A DNA stretch of 64,000 bases from Eledone cirrhosa (taxonomy: Eukaryota): assembly GCA_964016885.1 (NCBI GenBank), contig OZ024745.1, positions 127,658,001 through 127,722,000 on the forward strand, written 5' to 3'. Shown here piece by piece: positions 1 to 12,837 of the stretch; within the stretch, counting starts at the first letter, position 1; each line of letters begins with the position of its first letter. A program made the position numbers and the translations under genes. Below the pieces are notes generated by a model that saw nothing but the letters and a program-made list of their open reading frames with translations, did no database searches and was not told the DNA's origin.

Positions 1-600
1 GAAACTAACAAAGTCAATCTGTGAACGCAGAAGTGAATATTTCAAAAAACGTTGCAACCGGAAGAAGACAGGAAGACGATACTTTGGTTCGTGGAAACTT
101 TCCCTGGCAAAGAACGGGAAAAAAACGTATATAATACGTCATTATTTGGAGCATTATTTATCGACCCCGTAAGGATGAAAGGTCGAGGTTGACTTTGCCT
201 TTCATCCTTACGGGGTCGATAAAATAAAGTACCAGTAATGCACTGGGTAATTGCTGGCCTTGTGCCTAAAGTAGAAACAATTATTTGGAGCGGTGAAAAA
301 CAATTACGCGCAAAGACAAAACCACGTTTATGGTATAAAAGAAGTCGTAGACTAATATTCTATGAGGTGGTTCATAGAGACGTTCTCTGGCAATGAACGG
401 AAAAAACGAAGATAATACGTCATGTGTGGACCGTGGATAACAATTGCACGCAAAGACAAAACCACGTAAATGGTATAACTGAAGTCGTAGACTAAAATTC
501 TAACTAGGAAACTGAATGATTCTCGGCTTCAGAGTTAAGAATAAAGTAAATAAAATAGAGAGGTAATTGAAATTAAATAAATACATACACGCATCCATAC
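1..600 (-). mobile_element. Family D dispersed repeat (putative PLE pseudo-LTR), truncated by the window edge and interrupted by a SINE
   Basis: Clearly similar to 21340-21660 and, inverted, to 47100-47260 (AATCTGTGAACGcAGAAGT...GGAAGACGATACTTTGGTTCGT...CGCAAAGACAAAACCACG). Strand is taken from the HHR-like motif in the other copies. Confidence 0.6.
153..279 (+). mobile_element. 5'-truncated SINE with a short 5' inversion and 12-bp target site duplication
   Basis: SINE body GCCTTTCATCCTTACGGGGTCGATAAAATAAAGTACCAG. 157-182 is the reverse complement of 197-222. TSD ATTATTTGGAGC at 141-152 and 280-291. Confidence 0.85.
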
Positions 601-934
601 ACGTACATACACAAGCATACGCGAAAACACTCACCATAGGTATACAAATACACGCACATATAAATATGTGCGTGTGTGTGTGCGTGTATACAAATAATTA
701 AATAAACGTATAAATAAATAAATACGTATATAACAAGCGCACACACATACCTACATGAAAATACACAAATGTTCAGAGACGTACGTCAACCAAAACACGA
801 AGTACACATATACACACACCCTACATACGTACGAACCCGCATACTCACACAGACGCAAAACTCACGTATACACATAACCAAAAGCATATGTACCAGAATA
901 TATAAAATATACGCCATAATATATAATATACAAT

Positions 935-976
<42 letters not shown>

Positions 977-979
<3 letters not shown>

Positions 980-1296
980 GAAAAAGATGAAATCGAAAAT
1001 CCAACTGGAGTCTTTTTTTTTTTTTTTAAATATATTTATTTGGTTCCTTTACCGGTTTCGCAATTCTTTTCAAAAGTAGAATTGAGATGGAGGGTTTGTG
1101 CTTTTTCTCATGTGAGAAAAACCACAAACCCTCCAGCTCAATTCTACTTTTGAAAAGAATTGCGAAACCGGTAAAGCAACCAAATAAATATATTTAAAAA
1201 AAAAAGACTCCAGTTGCATTTTCAATTTCATCTTTTTTCCTCATACTTTCACCCGAGTAGGACACCTCGTTTTTTTCATTTGTAAAAAAACCTCCC

Positions 1297-1302
<6 letters not shown>
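977..1302 (+). mobile_element. Family E palindromic insertion in (TA)n (putative inverted PLE pseudo-LTR plus tail)
   Basis: Inverted arms centred on CTCATGTGAG (1107-1116), an unpaired 3' tail at about 1235-1302, and (TA)n on both sides. Confidence 0.7.
1147..1176 (+). ncRNA. Minimal variant type I hammerhead-like motif (U3:A8 core)
   Basis: CTT-TTGAAAA-GAATTGC-GAAA-CCGG-TA-AAG. Stem I is only 3 bp and stem II is vestigial; stem III region is the palindrome ACCGGT. Confidence 0.4.
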
Positions 1303-1334
<32 letters not shown>

Positions 1335-1335
1335 G

Positions 1336-1519
1336 TTAATATAGAAATGGCTTCTCAGGACTGGAACTGTTTCATTCAAAACAAATCATCGGGGGATGCT
1401 TTTTTTTGAATGAAGCAGTTCTAGTCTCGTAGAAGCTATTTATATATCAAATTTGATGTTTACACTCTACTTATGTATTGAGTACCTTACTAATTTTGGT
1501 TACCACCGATTGAACCCGA
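1336..1519 (+). mobile_element. Family B inverted module, degenerate
   Basis: Similar to 31632-31829 (GAATGAAACAGTTCTAGTC...GTATTGAGTACC...GATTGAACCCG); HHR core decayed. Confidence 0.7.
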
Positions 1520-1570
1520 CACACACACACACACACACATATATGTATATATATATACATTATTATTATA

Positions 1571-1764
1571 GGGCGGTGAATTGGCAGTATCGGTTGAGGG
1601 TTGGACGCCATGCTTTCTAGCATAGTTATGTCCCTTTACGATCTGAGTTCAAATCCCGTCGAGGTTAACTTTGCCTTTCATCCTTACGGGGTCGATAAAA
1701 TAAAGTACCAGTAATGTATTGGGTAATTGCTGGCCTTGTGCCAAAAATAGAAACAATTATTATT
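1571..1764 (+). mobile_element. Near full-length tRNA-derived SINE (dominant family of the window)
   Basis: A-box-like TGGCAGTATCGG, B-box GAGTTCAAATCC, central AACTTTGCCTTTCATCCTTACGGGGTCGATAAAATAAAGTACCAG and (ATT)n tail. More than 12 copies in the window. Confidence 0.9.
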
Positions 1765-2745
1765 CTGTAATATATATATTATCATATTTGATCTGATTAA
1801 AAATCTCACTCGATCCTGCTGAACTCTGTAAAGTGCTTATATGTAATATCTGAAAGCCTCTACATACATCTGAAGTTAACTTCTAGCAGTAGCTGTTTGA
1901 CTATGTCTCACTTATGAGTTCAAATAAGATAGAAACTTGTCAGTCGTTGTCGCTGTACTGCCAAAGATGAGACTTATGTACTATTGCATTCCAGATTTCA
2001 ATTCCTTTCAATTAACGTAAGTTTTGAGATTGACTTGACAAGAACTCATCATTAATTTAATAATTTATCTCTCCCTACTAGGGTGTAGTTTCGATTATTC
2101 AAACTTCCCTGGCTTGGTACATTAAGTATATTAGTACTCACATTACACTAATAACTAAAGTATCTAGTACAGTGAGAGAGGAATCAAGCTCATTTCAAGT
2201 ATATGTTACGGTGATAGCTTCTTACAGTTTACCATAGATTAGAAAATCGCATTAGTACACTGAATGAAGTGCCACATACAATATAGAATCAGTTAAATGG
2301 TGAACAAAACAAGTATCATACAGAAATGTAACCTGAAAGATCGATGTAGACAAATAGTCTTTAAAATATTTACATTCCTGTCAAACAGTAATTACATTTC
2401 GTTAGTAGAAATGGTTCATCTGAAGCATAATTGAGCTAATTTCATGAACCAGTCACTAAAAATTAATATCTATATTACATCTATCTTGTGAATCATCAAC
2501 GACGCTTGTTACATGTTACAGTGAAATGTAGTGGACAATCATATGGAAGTGTTGTGTGTAAGTTGTGTGAACCTATTACTGCGATGAATGGATTTAATCA
2601 TAACGTCAATTATAACGTCTGCTTTTCTTTTAAAATAAACAAAGTATCTACTAATATATAAATGCTCTTGTGTACGTCACGCAAAGGGAGCTAACTCATC
2701 TATGTTTCAGTATATTATAAATAGATATATATACATTATACAAAA

Positions 2746-3233
2746 CTAGCAGAAAAATACCCTTCGGGTGGTTTTCTGCTCGCATGTGTAGTGTGTATAT
2801 TGATATTATACGCAAGTATATATACATGTAGATATGATACATCAAATAAAATCGTAATTGACAATATGCACAGAAATTGAACGAAGACTGCGTTACACTC
2901 TCTTCTGTAATCAGTAACGTAATCCATGATACATTTAAAAAAGACGATATTATATATAAACTGCATTAGGAGAAAATTAGTGAGAGAAATATATGAATAT
3001 TTATTTAAGAGATCGCTAACCGGAAGTGTTGACATTTGAAAATTTTAAAGAGGTGAATCTTAAAATAAGCAACACAATTATTTATATTTAATCAAGAATA
3101 AAGAAATTTAGTGTATAAATTATGTAATATTCATTCGTTATTTATTCAAAGTAATCCAACTTATTTTAGAAACGGGATAAAAAATATATATTCTGGACGG
3201 AGTCCCGCACTCCTTACTTTATTATAGTTTAGA
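2746..3233 (-). mobile_element. Non-autonomous Helitron-like element
   Basis: Minus strand starts A|TCTAAACTATAATAAAAG and ends in hairpin GCAGAAAACCACCCGAAGGGTATTTTTCTGCTAG|T. The same 3' end recurs at 62161. Confidence 0.55.
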
Positions 3234-3714
3234 TAATGATTACGTACACACGTGTATATGATGAGTGTGGAAGGAAGGAGGCTGTGATAAACTATAGAAA
3301 ACAGAGAACAGCGTTCGCTACACCTGTGTTAATCATACATATAAATGTACACACACACACACACACATATGTGTGTGCATGTAATAATTATTTCCTCTGA
3401 GTCTGTTTATGTGTATGTTTGTGTTGATGTGTGTGTATGTAATAATTATTTTCAACCAGCGTTCTTAGATTGATTATACTTTTGTGAGTGTTTGTGTGTG
3501 TGAGTGTATGTGTGTGTGAGTGCATGTGTGTGTGAGTGTTTGTGTGTGTAAGTGTATGTGTGTGTGAGTGTATGTGTGTGTGAGTGTATGTGTGTGTGAG
3601 TGCTTGTGTGTTTGTATTGTCCAAGGAGCCAAGTCCCTAGCAATATCGAAATAAATTTAAATTATCAGGAATATAAAATCACCGCAATTGAAAGGTTATA
3701 CAAATACACATTTA

Positions 3715-3753
3715 CCCCTTAGCCGTCATTTTTGACGGCAAGGGGCCAGCTAG
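3715..3753 (+). mobile_element. Helitron 3' terminus
   Basis: Hairpin CCCCTT-AGCCGTCATTTTTGACGGC-AAGGGG followed by CCAGCTAG|T. The 5' end was not located. Confidence 0.55.
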
Positions 3754-4224
3754 TATCAACTATGTTTTACAAAAAGAAGTTATACAATGATGGAAATATG
3801 ACATAAAAAAATAAAACCAAAATTAAGTAAGGAACAGAGAAAGGAAGGAGTAAAGAAGGGCAGATCTGGCTGTATAGGAAAGTAGAGGAAAGAACTATAA
3901 ATGCCATAAATGAGAGGAAAAGGAGGGGAAAAACAAGGATTATTAGCTACGCCACGGTAGAAAGAAAGGGATATGGGAGAGGGTGATAGCCTCTGGGCAT
4001 AGGGTGGGGCGGAGCGATGTTTCGGCTGCACCCCACAGGCAAAGCTGCAAAGGCATTTCCTATTTGAAACGTATATGTTGTTGTAGATTGATCAAGATCA
4101 GATATTTAAGATATACATTCGCTTAAGAGATTCTATTACTATCTGAATAGAAGACTAAAAACTACATTTCCTGTAAGAGTGGGTTTACTATGGATTTCTC
4201 TAACTCGTCAAACGACGTTGTATG

Positions 4225-4258
<34 letters not shown>

Positions 4259-4330
4259 TATATATATATATATAAGAATAGGAAAAGAGCCTTTTCCTAT
4301 TCTTATATATAGTACTAGATTACACAAAAG

Positions 4331-4405
<75 letters not shown>

Positions 4406-4458
4406 AATAGAAAAAGAGCCTTTTCCTATATATATATAGTACTAGATTACACAAAAGT

Positions 4459-4497
<39 letters not shown>

Positions 4498-4499
4498 GA

Positions 4500-4595
4500 G
4501 ACGTATCTGACGACCGTGTTGATTTCAGAGTCAAGTGTGATCACCATATCGATCGTGCCTCGAGCTGGTCACTCGAGAAACATTTGTAATATGTC
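4500..4595 (+). ncRNA. Type I hammerhead with a large multi-hairpin domain II
   Basis: Stem I GACGTAT/ATATGTC (7 bp with one G.U), core CTGACGA 4507-4513, GAAA 4577-4580, stem III CA-TT-TG, cleavage triplet GUA. Closure of stem II is weak. AATAAA follows immediately. Confidence 0.6.
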
Positions 4596-4612
4596 CAATA
4601 AATTCCTTTCGT

Positions 4613-4878
4613 TGTAAAATATATTACAAAATATGATAGTAAGAAAATATACATACGTCTTCACTACCCACCGTCTTCAGAAATAATGAATTTATTTCTG
4701 AAGATGGCGGGTAGTGAAGACGTATGTATATTTTCTTACTATGATATTTTGTAATATATTTTACATAGATCAATAATTGAATGGACATACGGGGAACTAC
4801 ACCCCAGAAACGATCGTAAAATAATGAATTTTACTATGAATTAACCGTTTTTTGTTTAATTTCATTGTTTTCACTATT

Positions 4879-4880
<2 letters not shown>
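4613..4880 (+). mobile_element. Inverted-duplication module with tail ending in (TA)n
   Basis: 4613-4686 is the reverse complement of 4692-4765, followed by a unique tail and then (TA)n. Confidence 0.6.
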
Positions 4881-4975
<95 letters not shown>

Positions 4976-5107
4976 CTATCTCTCTCCATAACTAACTATC
5001 TATCTACCTATCTCTCGCCCCCTCTCTCTCTCTAACTATCTGTCTATCTATCTATCTACCTATCTATCTATTTATCTACCTCCCTATCTATCTATTTATC
5101 TATCTGT

Positions 5108-5935
5108 CAAGCGAAGACCGAAAATGGGTGCTTGGCACCTTGAGTGCCTACAGGCGCTCACAGCCCTCTACCAAGCGGAAACGGCAATCAGCGGAGACTC
5201 TACTTCGACACTCTATAGGGGATTAGTGTAGGATAGGTGCGACGGCCTGGCAGAGATCCTGCCAAAAGGACCTGTCCAAGATGCGAGCAGGTCATCGAAA
5301 CCGTTCTGCATGCAATTGTTCAGTGCCCAGGGGTGACCGACCTGTGGAATTATGTCGAACAGCTGCTGTCACGTGTGGGACGCATCCAGTTGTCAGCCGA
5401 GTCCATCGTGAGGATCACCGGGTCGCCTTCATTTAAAAACGAAGGAGAGGTGGTATTCCTCTGTCTGGTGGCTATGGCGAAAGAGGTAATATGGTGGACG
5501 AGGTTAAAAGGAATGAGGGCAAACACCTTTCTCTCCGGACAACAACTCATCCCCTTCTTTAAGTACCACTTCACAAGGAAGGTGAGAGTGGAGAGAGGTG
5601 CTACACCCCAGTAAATTCGCGGAAAGGTGGGTGAATGTGGCGAAAATTGCCCGAGTGAATGGGCCTTCTCTGTATATAAACCTGTAGGTTGAGGAAGATA
5701 AACAGAGGGAAGACAGGAATACCTACAAAGCGTGTTCCTGGTGTGGAGGGTTGTTCTATCCACGGGGTGTAAAACAACCCTGCAGTAACGTTCCCCCCTA
5801 TTGGGGATTTCAATTGTTATTTTATTATATACAGTTTATTGTTATTTATTAATGTTGAAGCTATTTTTATGTAAAACCCCCGCCGTCTTGTAATGCCCCA
5901 TTTTTGTACGCCCCTGTGGCAAATAAAGAAAGATA
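5108..5935 (+). mobile_element. 5'-truncated Tx1/L1-clade LINE 3' end (ORF2 C-terminal zinc knuckle plus 3' UTR)
   Basis: ORF 5237-5614 contains CPRCEQVIETVLHAIVQCP (Cx2C..Hx4C) and KEVIWWTR (like K..IW..R of L1/Tx1). AATAAA at 5922-5927. Flanked by (TATC)n and (TC)n. Confidence 0.8.
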
Positions 5936-5984
5936 TCTCTCTCTCTCTCTCCTTCTCCCTATCTATCTATTTCTCTCCTTCTCC

Positions 5985-6058
<74 letters not shown>

Positions 6059-6261
6059 GTCTAGTTTTTATACACATACAAACAACGAGCTTTGACTGAC
6101 TACATGACTCACTACAAATGTAGTTTAATATCTGCCAACATTTTACTGTGACTTCGACATCTGACCGGCTGTGGCCAGTTCTTTCTATCTCTCTATCTCT
6201 CTATCTCTCTCTCTCTTTGTCAGTCTGTCTGTGAGTCACTGTTTTCTTACCCCTCTATCTG

Positions 6262-8224
6262 TCTATCTACCTCTCTATCTCCCCCTATCTACCTCTCTAT
6301 CTCCCCCCATATCTACCTCTCTATCTCCCCCCATAACTACCTCTCTACCCCCCCCACCATATCTACCTCTCTATCTCCCCTCTATCTACCTCTCTACACC
6401 CCATATCTACCTCTCTATCTCCCCCCTATCTAGCTCTCTATCCCCCCATATATACCTCTCTATCTCCCCCTATCTACCTTTCTACCCCCCCATATATATC
6501 TCTCTATCTCCCCCTATCTACCTCTCTATCTCCCCCCCCCCCTATCTACCTCTCTACCCCCCATATCTACCTCTCTATCTCCTCCCTATCTACCTCTCTA
6601 TTCCCCCCTATCTACCTCTCTATCTCCCCCCATACCTACCTCTCTACCCCCTATCTACCAAGCTATCTCCCCCTATCTACCCCTCTATCTCCCCCTATCT
6701 ACCTCTCTATCTCCCCCTATCTACCTCTCTATCCCCCTATCTACCTCTCTATCTCCCCCCATACCTACCTCTCTACCCCCTATCTACCAAGCTTTCTCCC
6801 CCTATCTACCACTCTACCCCCCATATCTACCTCTCTATCTCCCCCTATCTACCTCTCTACCCCCTATCTACCTCTCTATCCCCCTATCTACCTCTCTACC
6901 CCCCATATCTACCTCTCTAACCCCCCATATCTACCTCTCTATCTCCCCCGATCTACCTCTCTACCCCCCCACCATATCTACCTCTCTATCTCCCCCTATC
7001 TACCTCTCTATCCCCCCATATATACCTCTCTATCTCCCCCTATCTACCTCTCTACCCCCCATATATATCTCTCTATCTCCCCCTATCTACCTCTCTATCT
7101 ACCCCCATCTACCTCTCTACCCCCCCTGTCTACCTCTCTATCTCCTCCCTATCTACCTCTCTATTCCCCCCTATCTACCTCTCTATCTCCCCCCATACCT
7201 ACCTCTCTACCCCCTATCTACCAAGCTATCTCCCCCTATCTACCTCTCTATCTCCCCCCTATCTACCTCTCTACCCCCATATCTACCTCTCTATCTCCCC
7301 CTATCTACCTCTCTATCCCCCTATCTACCTCTCTATCTCCCCCATACCTACCTCTCTACCCCCTATCTACCAAGCTTTCTCCCCCTATCTACCTCTCTAC
7401 CCCCTTTCTACCTCTCTATCCCCCTATCTACCTCTCTACCCCCCATATCTACCTCTCTAACCCCCCATATCTACCTCTCTATCTCCCCCGATCTACCTCT
7501 CTATCTCCCCCATATCTACCTCTCTATCTCCCCCCCTATCTACCTACCTCTCTACCCCCCCGCCATATCTACCTCTCTATCTCCCCTCTATCTACCTCTC
7601 TACCCCCATATCTACCTCTCTATCTCCCCCCTATCTAGCTCTCTATCCCCCCATATATACCTCTCTATCTCCCCCTATCTACCTCTCTACCCCCATATAT
7701 ATCTCTCTATCTCCCCCTATCTACCTCTCTATCTCCCCCTATCTACCTCTCTACCCCCCTGTCTACCTCTCTATCTCCTCCCTATCTACCTCTCTATTCC
7801 CCCTATCTACCTCTCTATCTCCCCCATACCTACCTCTCTACCCCCTATCTACCAAGCTATCTCCCCCTATCTACCTCTCTATCTCCCCCCTATCTACCTC
7901 TCTACCCCCCATATCTAGCTCTCTATCTCCCCCTATCTACCTCTCTATCCCCCTATCTACCTCTCTATCTGCCCACATACCTACCTCTCTACCCCCTATC
8001 TACCAAGCTATCTCCCCCTATCTACCTCTCTACCCCCCATATCTACCTCTCTATCTCCCCCATCTACCTCTCTACCCCCTATCTACCTCTCTATCCCCCT
8101 ATCTACCTCTCTACCCCCCATATCTACCTCTCTAACCCCCCATATCTACCTCTCTATCTCCCCCTATCTACCTCTCTACCCCCTATCTACCTCTCTACCC
8201 CCCCCTATCTACCTCTCTATCTCT
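6262..8224. repeat. CT-rich minisatellite, about 20-bp unit ATCTACCTCTCTA(TCT)CCCCC
   Basis: About 2 kb almost devoid of G on the plus strand, with recurring variant units such as CTACCAAGCT. Confidence 0.95.
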
Positions 8225-8319
8225 ACACACAATTCAATATAATTCAATATCTATTCATAAGTCATGTTTGTGTAGGAAACTATCTTTTTGTCTGTCTCTA
8301 CACAAAGAATCATAAAAAA

Positions 8320-9120
8320 CACAGATACACACACACAGTCATATACACACACACACAGTCATATACACACACACACAGTCATATACACACACACAGTCAT
8401 ACACACACACACAGTCATATACACACACACACAGTCATATATACACACACACAGTCATATAGACACACACACAGTCACATAGACACACACACACAGTCAT
8501 ATAGACACACACACAGTCATATAGACACACACACACAGTCATATAGACACACACACACAGTCATATAGACACACACACAAAGTCACACAGACACACACAC
8601 AGTCATATAGACACACACACAGTCATATAGACACACACACAAAGTCACACAGACACACAGTCACACAGACACAAAGACACGCACACATTCAGACTGACAC
8701 ACACAATCACACAGACACACACACACACACAGTCACACAGACATACACACAGTCACACAGACACCCACACAGTCACATAGACACACACACAGAGTCACAC
8801 AGACACACACACAATCAGACAGACACACAGTCACACACATACCCACACACAGTCACACAGACACACATACAGTCACATAGACACACACACAGAGTCACAC
8901 AGACACACACACAATCAGACAGACACACAGTCACACACATACCCACACACAGTCACACAGACACACATACAGTCACATAGACACACACAGAGTCACATAG
9001 ACAGACACACACGCAGTCACAGACACACACAATCACACAGACACACAGACACAGTCACACAGTCATACAGACACACACAGAGAGTCATACAGACACACAC
9101 GGTCATACAGACACACAGAG
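8320..9120. repeat. CA-rich minisatellite (ACACACAGTCAT variants)
   Basis: Tandem units of about 18-22 bp built around CAGTCA. Confidence 0.9.
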
Positions 9121-9264
9121 ACACCCATGCACACACATACACACTTACACGCAAAGAGAGAACTCATACACAGAGACACTCATACAGAGACACATACACA
9201 CAGACAAAACGCACAAAAACAAAGACATAAACATACACAAACAGACAGACACATACACACACTA

Positions 9265-9304
<40 letters not shown>

Positions 9305-9371
9305 TAGAAGCGATATGATTGTTTTCATCATAAGACATTTTTTCTAAACAATATACGTCCCTTTAAGATAT

Positions 9372-9586
9372 GAATTCAAATCTCGCCGAGGTTGACTTTG
9401 CCTTTCATCCTTACATGGTCGATAAAATAAAGTACCAGTAATGCACTGGTAATTGGTGGCCTTGGGCCAAAAGTAGAAACAATTATATATATAAGATTAA
9501 CTTTGCCTTTCATCCTTACGGTGTCGATAAAATAAAGTACCAGTAATACACTTGGTGCTTGGTGGCTTTGTGCCAAAAGTAGAAAC

Positions 9587-9590
<4 letters not shown>
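9372..9590 (+). mobile_element. Two tandem 5'-truncated SINE copies
   Basis: The central SINE domain and CAAAAGTAGAAACAATTAT end each occur twice. Confidence 0.85.
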
Positions 9591-9645
<55 letters not shown>

Positions 9646-9814
9646 GTATATATAAATAAATACAATATAAGCTTTTTAGCGATACTCCGGCCAAATTCTA
9701 ACTCACTCAACAAACATTAGGAAATAAGTGACTATATTCCAAATTATACGTTCGGGGTGCTAACTAAAAGTATTGCGTGGAAAATTGGCTGTATTATTTC
9801 ATATGAGACATATC

Positions 9815-9892
<78 letters not shown>

Positions 9893-10281
9893 GTATATAT
9901 ATATGTATGTATATATATGTATATATATATGTGTGTATATATTTCAATCCTTAGTCCCTGAGTGTGTATGTACGCTAACTCTATTATCTGACAATTTTTT
10001 TTTTCAACATATATTATATGCGTATTTGTGGTCACACATACACTGATATGCTTGCCCTCATGTATGTACTTACGCACACATTTTTTTCACTATACACATG
10101 CATTTGTACATACACACATATGTACATTTGTAGGTGCATATACACACATTTATACACATACCCTTACTATATTTCCTTATTTTATTTTTATATATCTCTT
10201 GCATTACTTTTATTTATATATTTTTTTTGCCCATTAAACTTTTGCCTTTATATTGTATTGTTTATTATACATTTATTATAC

Positions 10282-10340
<59 letters not shown>

Positions 10341-10527
10341 CAAATGGAAGTACAGCATAATCGAAGCTACGGCTGCAGCTAAGCTAACGAATGCAATCGG
10401 AATGTACAGCTAAGCACTCAATAAGGTATTTTACCTTAGAGTTATAATATTACGGTTAGACAGCTTTCCAAATTGAAGATTGCGACCGGTAAGCCAGCCG
10501 CAGGGACCAAACCAACGAGAAAACTGA

Positions 10528-10580
<53 letters not shown>

Positions 10581-10583
<3 letters not shown>

Positions 10584-10745
10584 ATTATGTAATAAACAAC
10601 ATAAGATAATTATTTCAGGCTCTTCTGTCTTCGTGAAACCTTTGGTAAATGAAATAATTATCTTATGTTGTTTATTACATAACTAAAAAGCTCTGTAGTC
10701 TACATAAAGCACTCTCTTTTCCTTTACGTTTTCTAAGGAAACACT
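10581..10745 (+). mobile_element. Short inverted module in (TA)n retaining a possible 3' half of a hammerhead
   Basis: TTATGTAATAAACAACATAAGATAATTATTTCA is inverted at about 10650-10682. GAAA-CC-TTT-GG-TA lies just upstream of the second arm. Confidence 0.5.
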
Positions 10746-10828
10746 TCATATATATATATATATATGTATATATTTATGTATATGTATATATATATATATG
10801 TACATATATCTATATATATATAAATATA

Positions 10829-10888
<60 letters not shown>

Positions 10889-11007
10889 ATGTATATATTT
10901 ATGTATATGTTATGTATATTTATATAAATATATATATATACATATATGTATATATATATGTATACATATATATATATACATATATATATGTATATGTTTA
11001 TACACAT

Positions 11008-11086
<79 letters not shown>

Positions 11087-11679
11087 ACTCATAATACTGC
11101 GGTATCAACATAAGGTGGTAAGTGTTGGCGCACACCGTAGTCTAGTTGGTCTATGAACGGAAATGTCAACTTGTGTAAGACAATCTATTATATAGATTTA
11201 CTCATCTGTACAATGTACTACAATTTCATTAAGCACAGAGGATTGGTGTCTTTATCTCTATTACTGCAACTTTTCTTTACCTTTTCCACGTTTTCATACT
11301 GTATCTCTATATAAATTTTTGTGGTTTAATGAAACGTACATCCTTAGTTCAAGTTGTATTTGTTAAAGCCTTTCACTGTATTTTATATAGGCCTGTATGT
11401 ATATTCTCCCTCATATTAGTTTTAGTCATTGGACATCAGTCATTCCGGTAGAGATCGTCTTCAGAGCTCTTATCGATCAATTTTGTTTCATTCTCTTTCA
11501 GTATGTATTTTAGTCTGGTATATATTTTTTATCGATCTCCATTTGTCAAACCGCTATGTCACGGGGGATAACAAGAGACTAAGACACACACTCGGATATA
11601 TATGCATACAGTTTGGATCTGGCTTTTGAAACGGCAGGAGCTCAGCCGTCGTGGACCAGAATCCTTCATATATATATAT

Positions 11680-12341
11680 ATTGTTATACTTTGGGAGGGT
11701 CATGTTGCCAATAAGAAACACACGCACCAGTTGCTTTCACTCCAATTTATTATAGATTAAATTATAAATAAAAAAAATAAAAATAATAAATTTCCGGTTG
11801 GTTGGTTCCACAACCGGACGGTTGTTCATATATTGTCAAAGTTAAATAGAAAACATGAATGGAATAGCAACATCACAACTTACAATTAAGGACAAAATGA
11901 AAACACACACATATAGAACAAACAACCAACTAGTAACATGTAAATAAACAAATAAATAAAAAACATACACAGATACCCGGATGTAACACATGCGCAAACT
12001 AAGCACACAACACACACAAAAACAAGATGGCGTAGGACAGAACAAAGGAGAGGCACAAAACAAAGAAAAGAATCCCCAGTCACTGAAGAGGTCACATAAT
12101 GTGTGACGAAAGAACTTTGACAATATATGAACAACCGTCCGGTTGTGGAACCAACCAACCAACCGGAAATTTATACATTTTTTTTTTCTTTTTTAAATTT
12201 ATAACTTAATTTATAATAAATTGGAGTGAAAGCAACTGGTGCATGTGTTTCTTATTGGCAACATGACCCTCCCAAAGTATAACAATATCGGTTTCAACAC
12301 ATTTTCAGATAAAGAATCTTGCTAAACAAATTCAGAAACGA
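11680..12341 (+). mobile_element. Family A Penelope-like element, heavily 5'-truncated (inverted pLTR, last codons of the ORF, pLTR and tail)
   Basis: Same family as 49401-51104. 11680-11842 is an inverted copy of about 12114-12287. Contains the LNRKHEWNSNITTYN coding end and the tail TCGGTTTCAACAC...CAGAAACG. (TA)n flanks. Confidence 0.9.
12079..12121 (+). ncRNA. Minimal type I hammerhead in family A pLTR
   Basis: GTCA-CTGAAGA-G-GTCACA(TAATG)TGTGAC-GAAA-GAAC-TT-TGAC. Confidence 0.8.
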
Positions 12342-12758
12342 TATATATATATATATATATATAAATATAAATTTAGCGAGAATCGCATTTCGGCGAGTAG
12401 AAATTAGCGAAACGCAACTTCCGATTTGTGTTGGCAAACGCTCATTGGATACGAAGATACCAGAGCAATAAACATAAGTTAAAAAGGCCATACAAAACTA
12501 TATATATTTATATAATATAGAAATGGCTTCTACGGGGCTAGAACTATTTCATTCGAAGGAAATTATCAGATATTAAATATTTATACTCTGCTGTATACCA
12601 TACTGTAGTTACCCCCTGATTGAAACCGGGATACACACACACACATATATATTCTTTTTCTTCTATCTCTACCTATCTATCTCTCCCTAACTACTTACCT
12701 ATCTATCTATCTATCTATCTATCTATGTATCTAACTATTTATAATAATCTAGCTACAT

Positions 12759-12837
12759 GGATTCAAACCATCGGCCTAAGGATGACAACTACGTATAACA
12801 AACTACAGTCCTACGCTCTACCAACTGAGCTATCGGA
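12759..12837 (-). pseudogene. Intron-containing tRNA-Tyr(GTA) pseudogene
   Basis: Minus strand reads CGATAGCTCAGTTGGTAGAGCGTAGGACTGTAG-[19-nt intron 12784-12802]-ATCCTTAGGCCGATGGTTTGAATCC. The 3' acceptor strand is missing and the T-loop C is mutated. Confidence 0.85.

Noticed and set aside
4697-4730. CTGAAGA...GAAGACGTA hammerhead-like motif in the 4613-4765 inverted module
   Set aside because: GAAG replaces GAAA and no convincing stem I or II could be formed.
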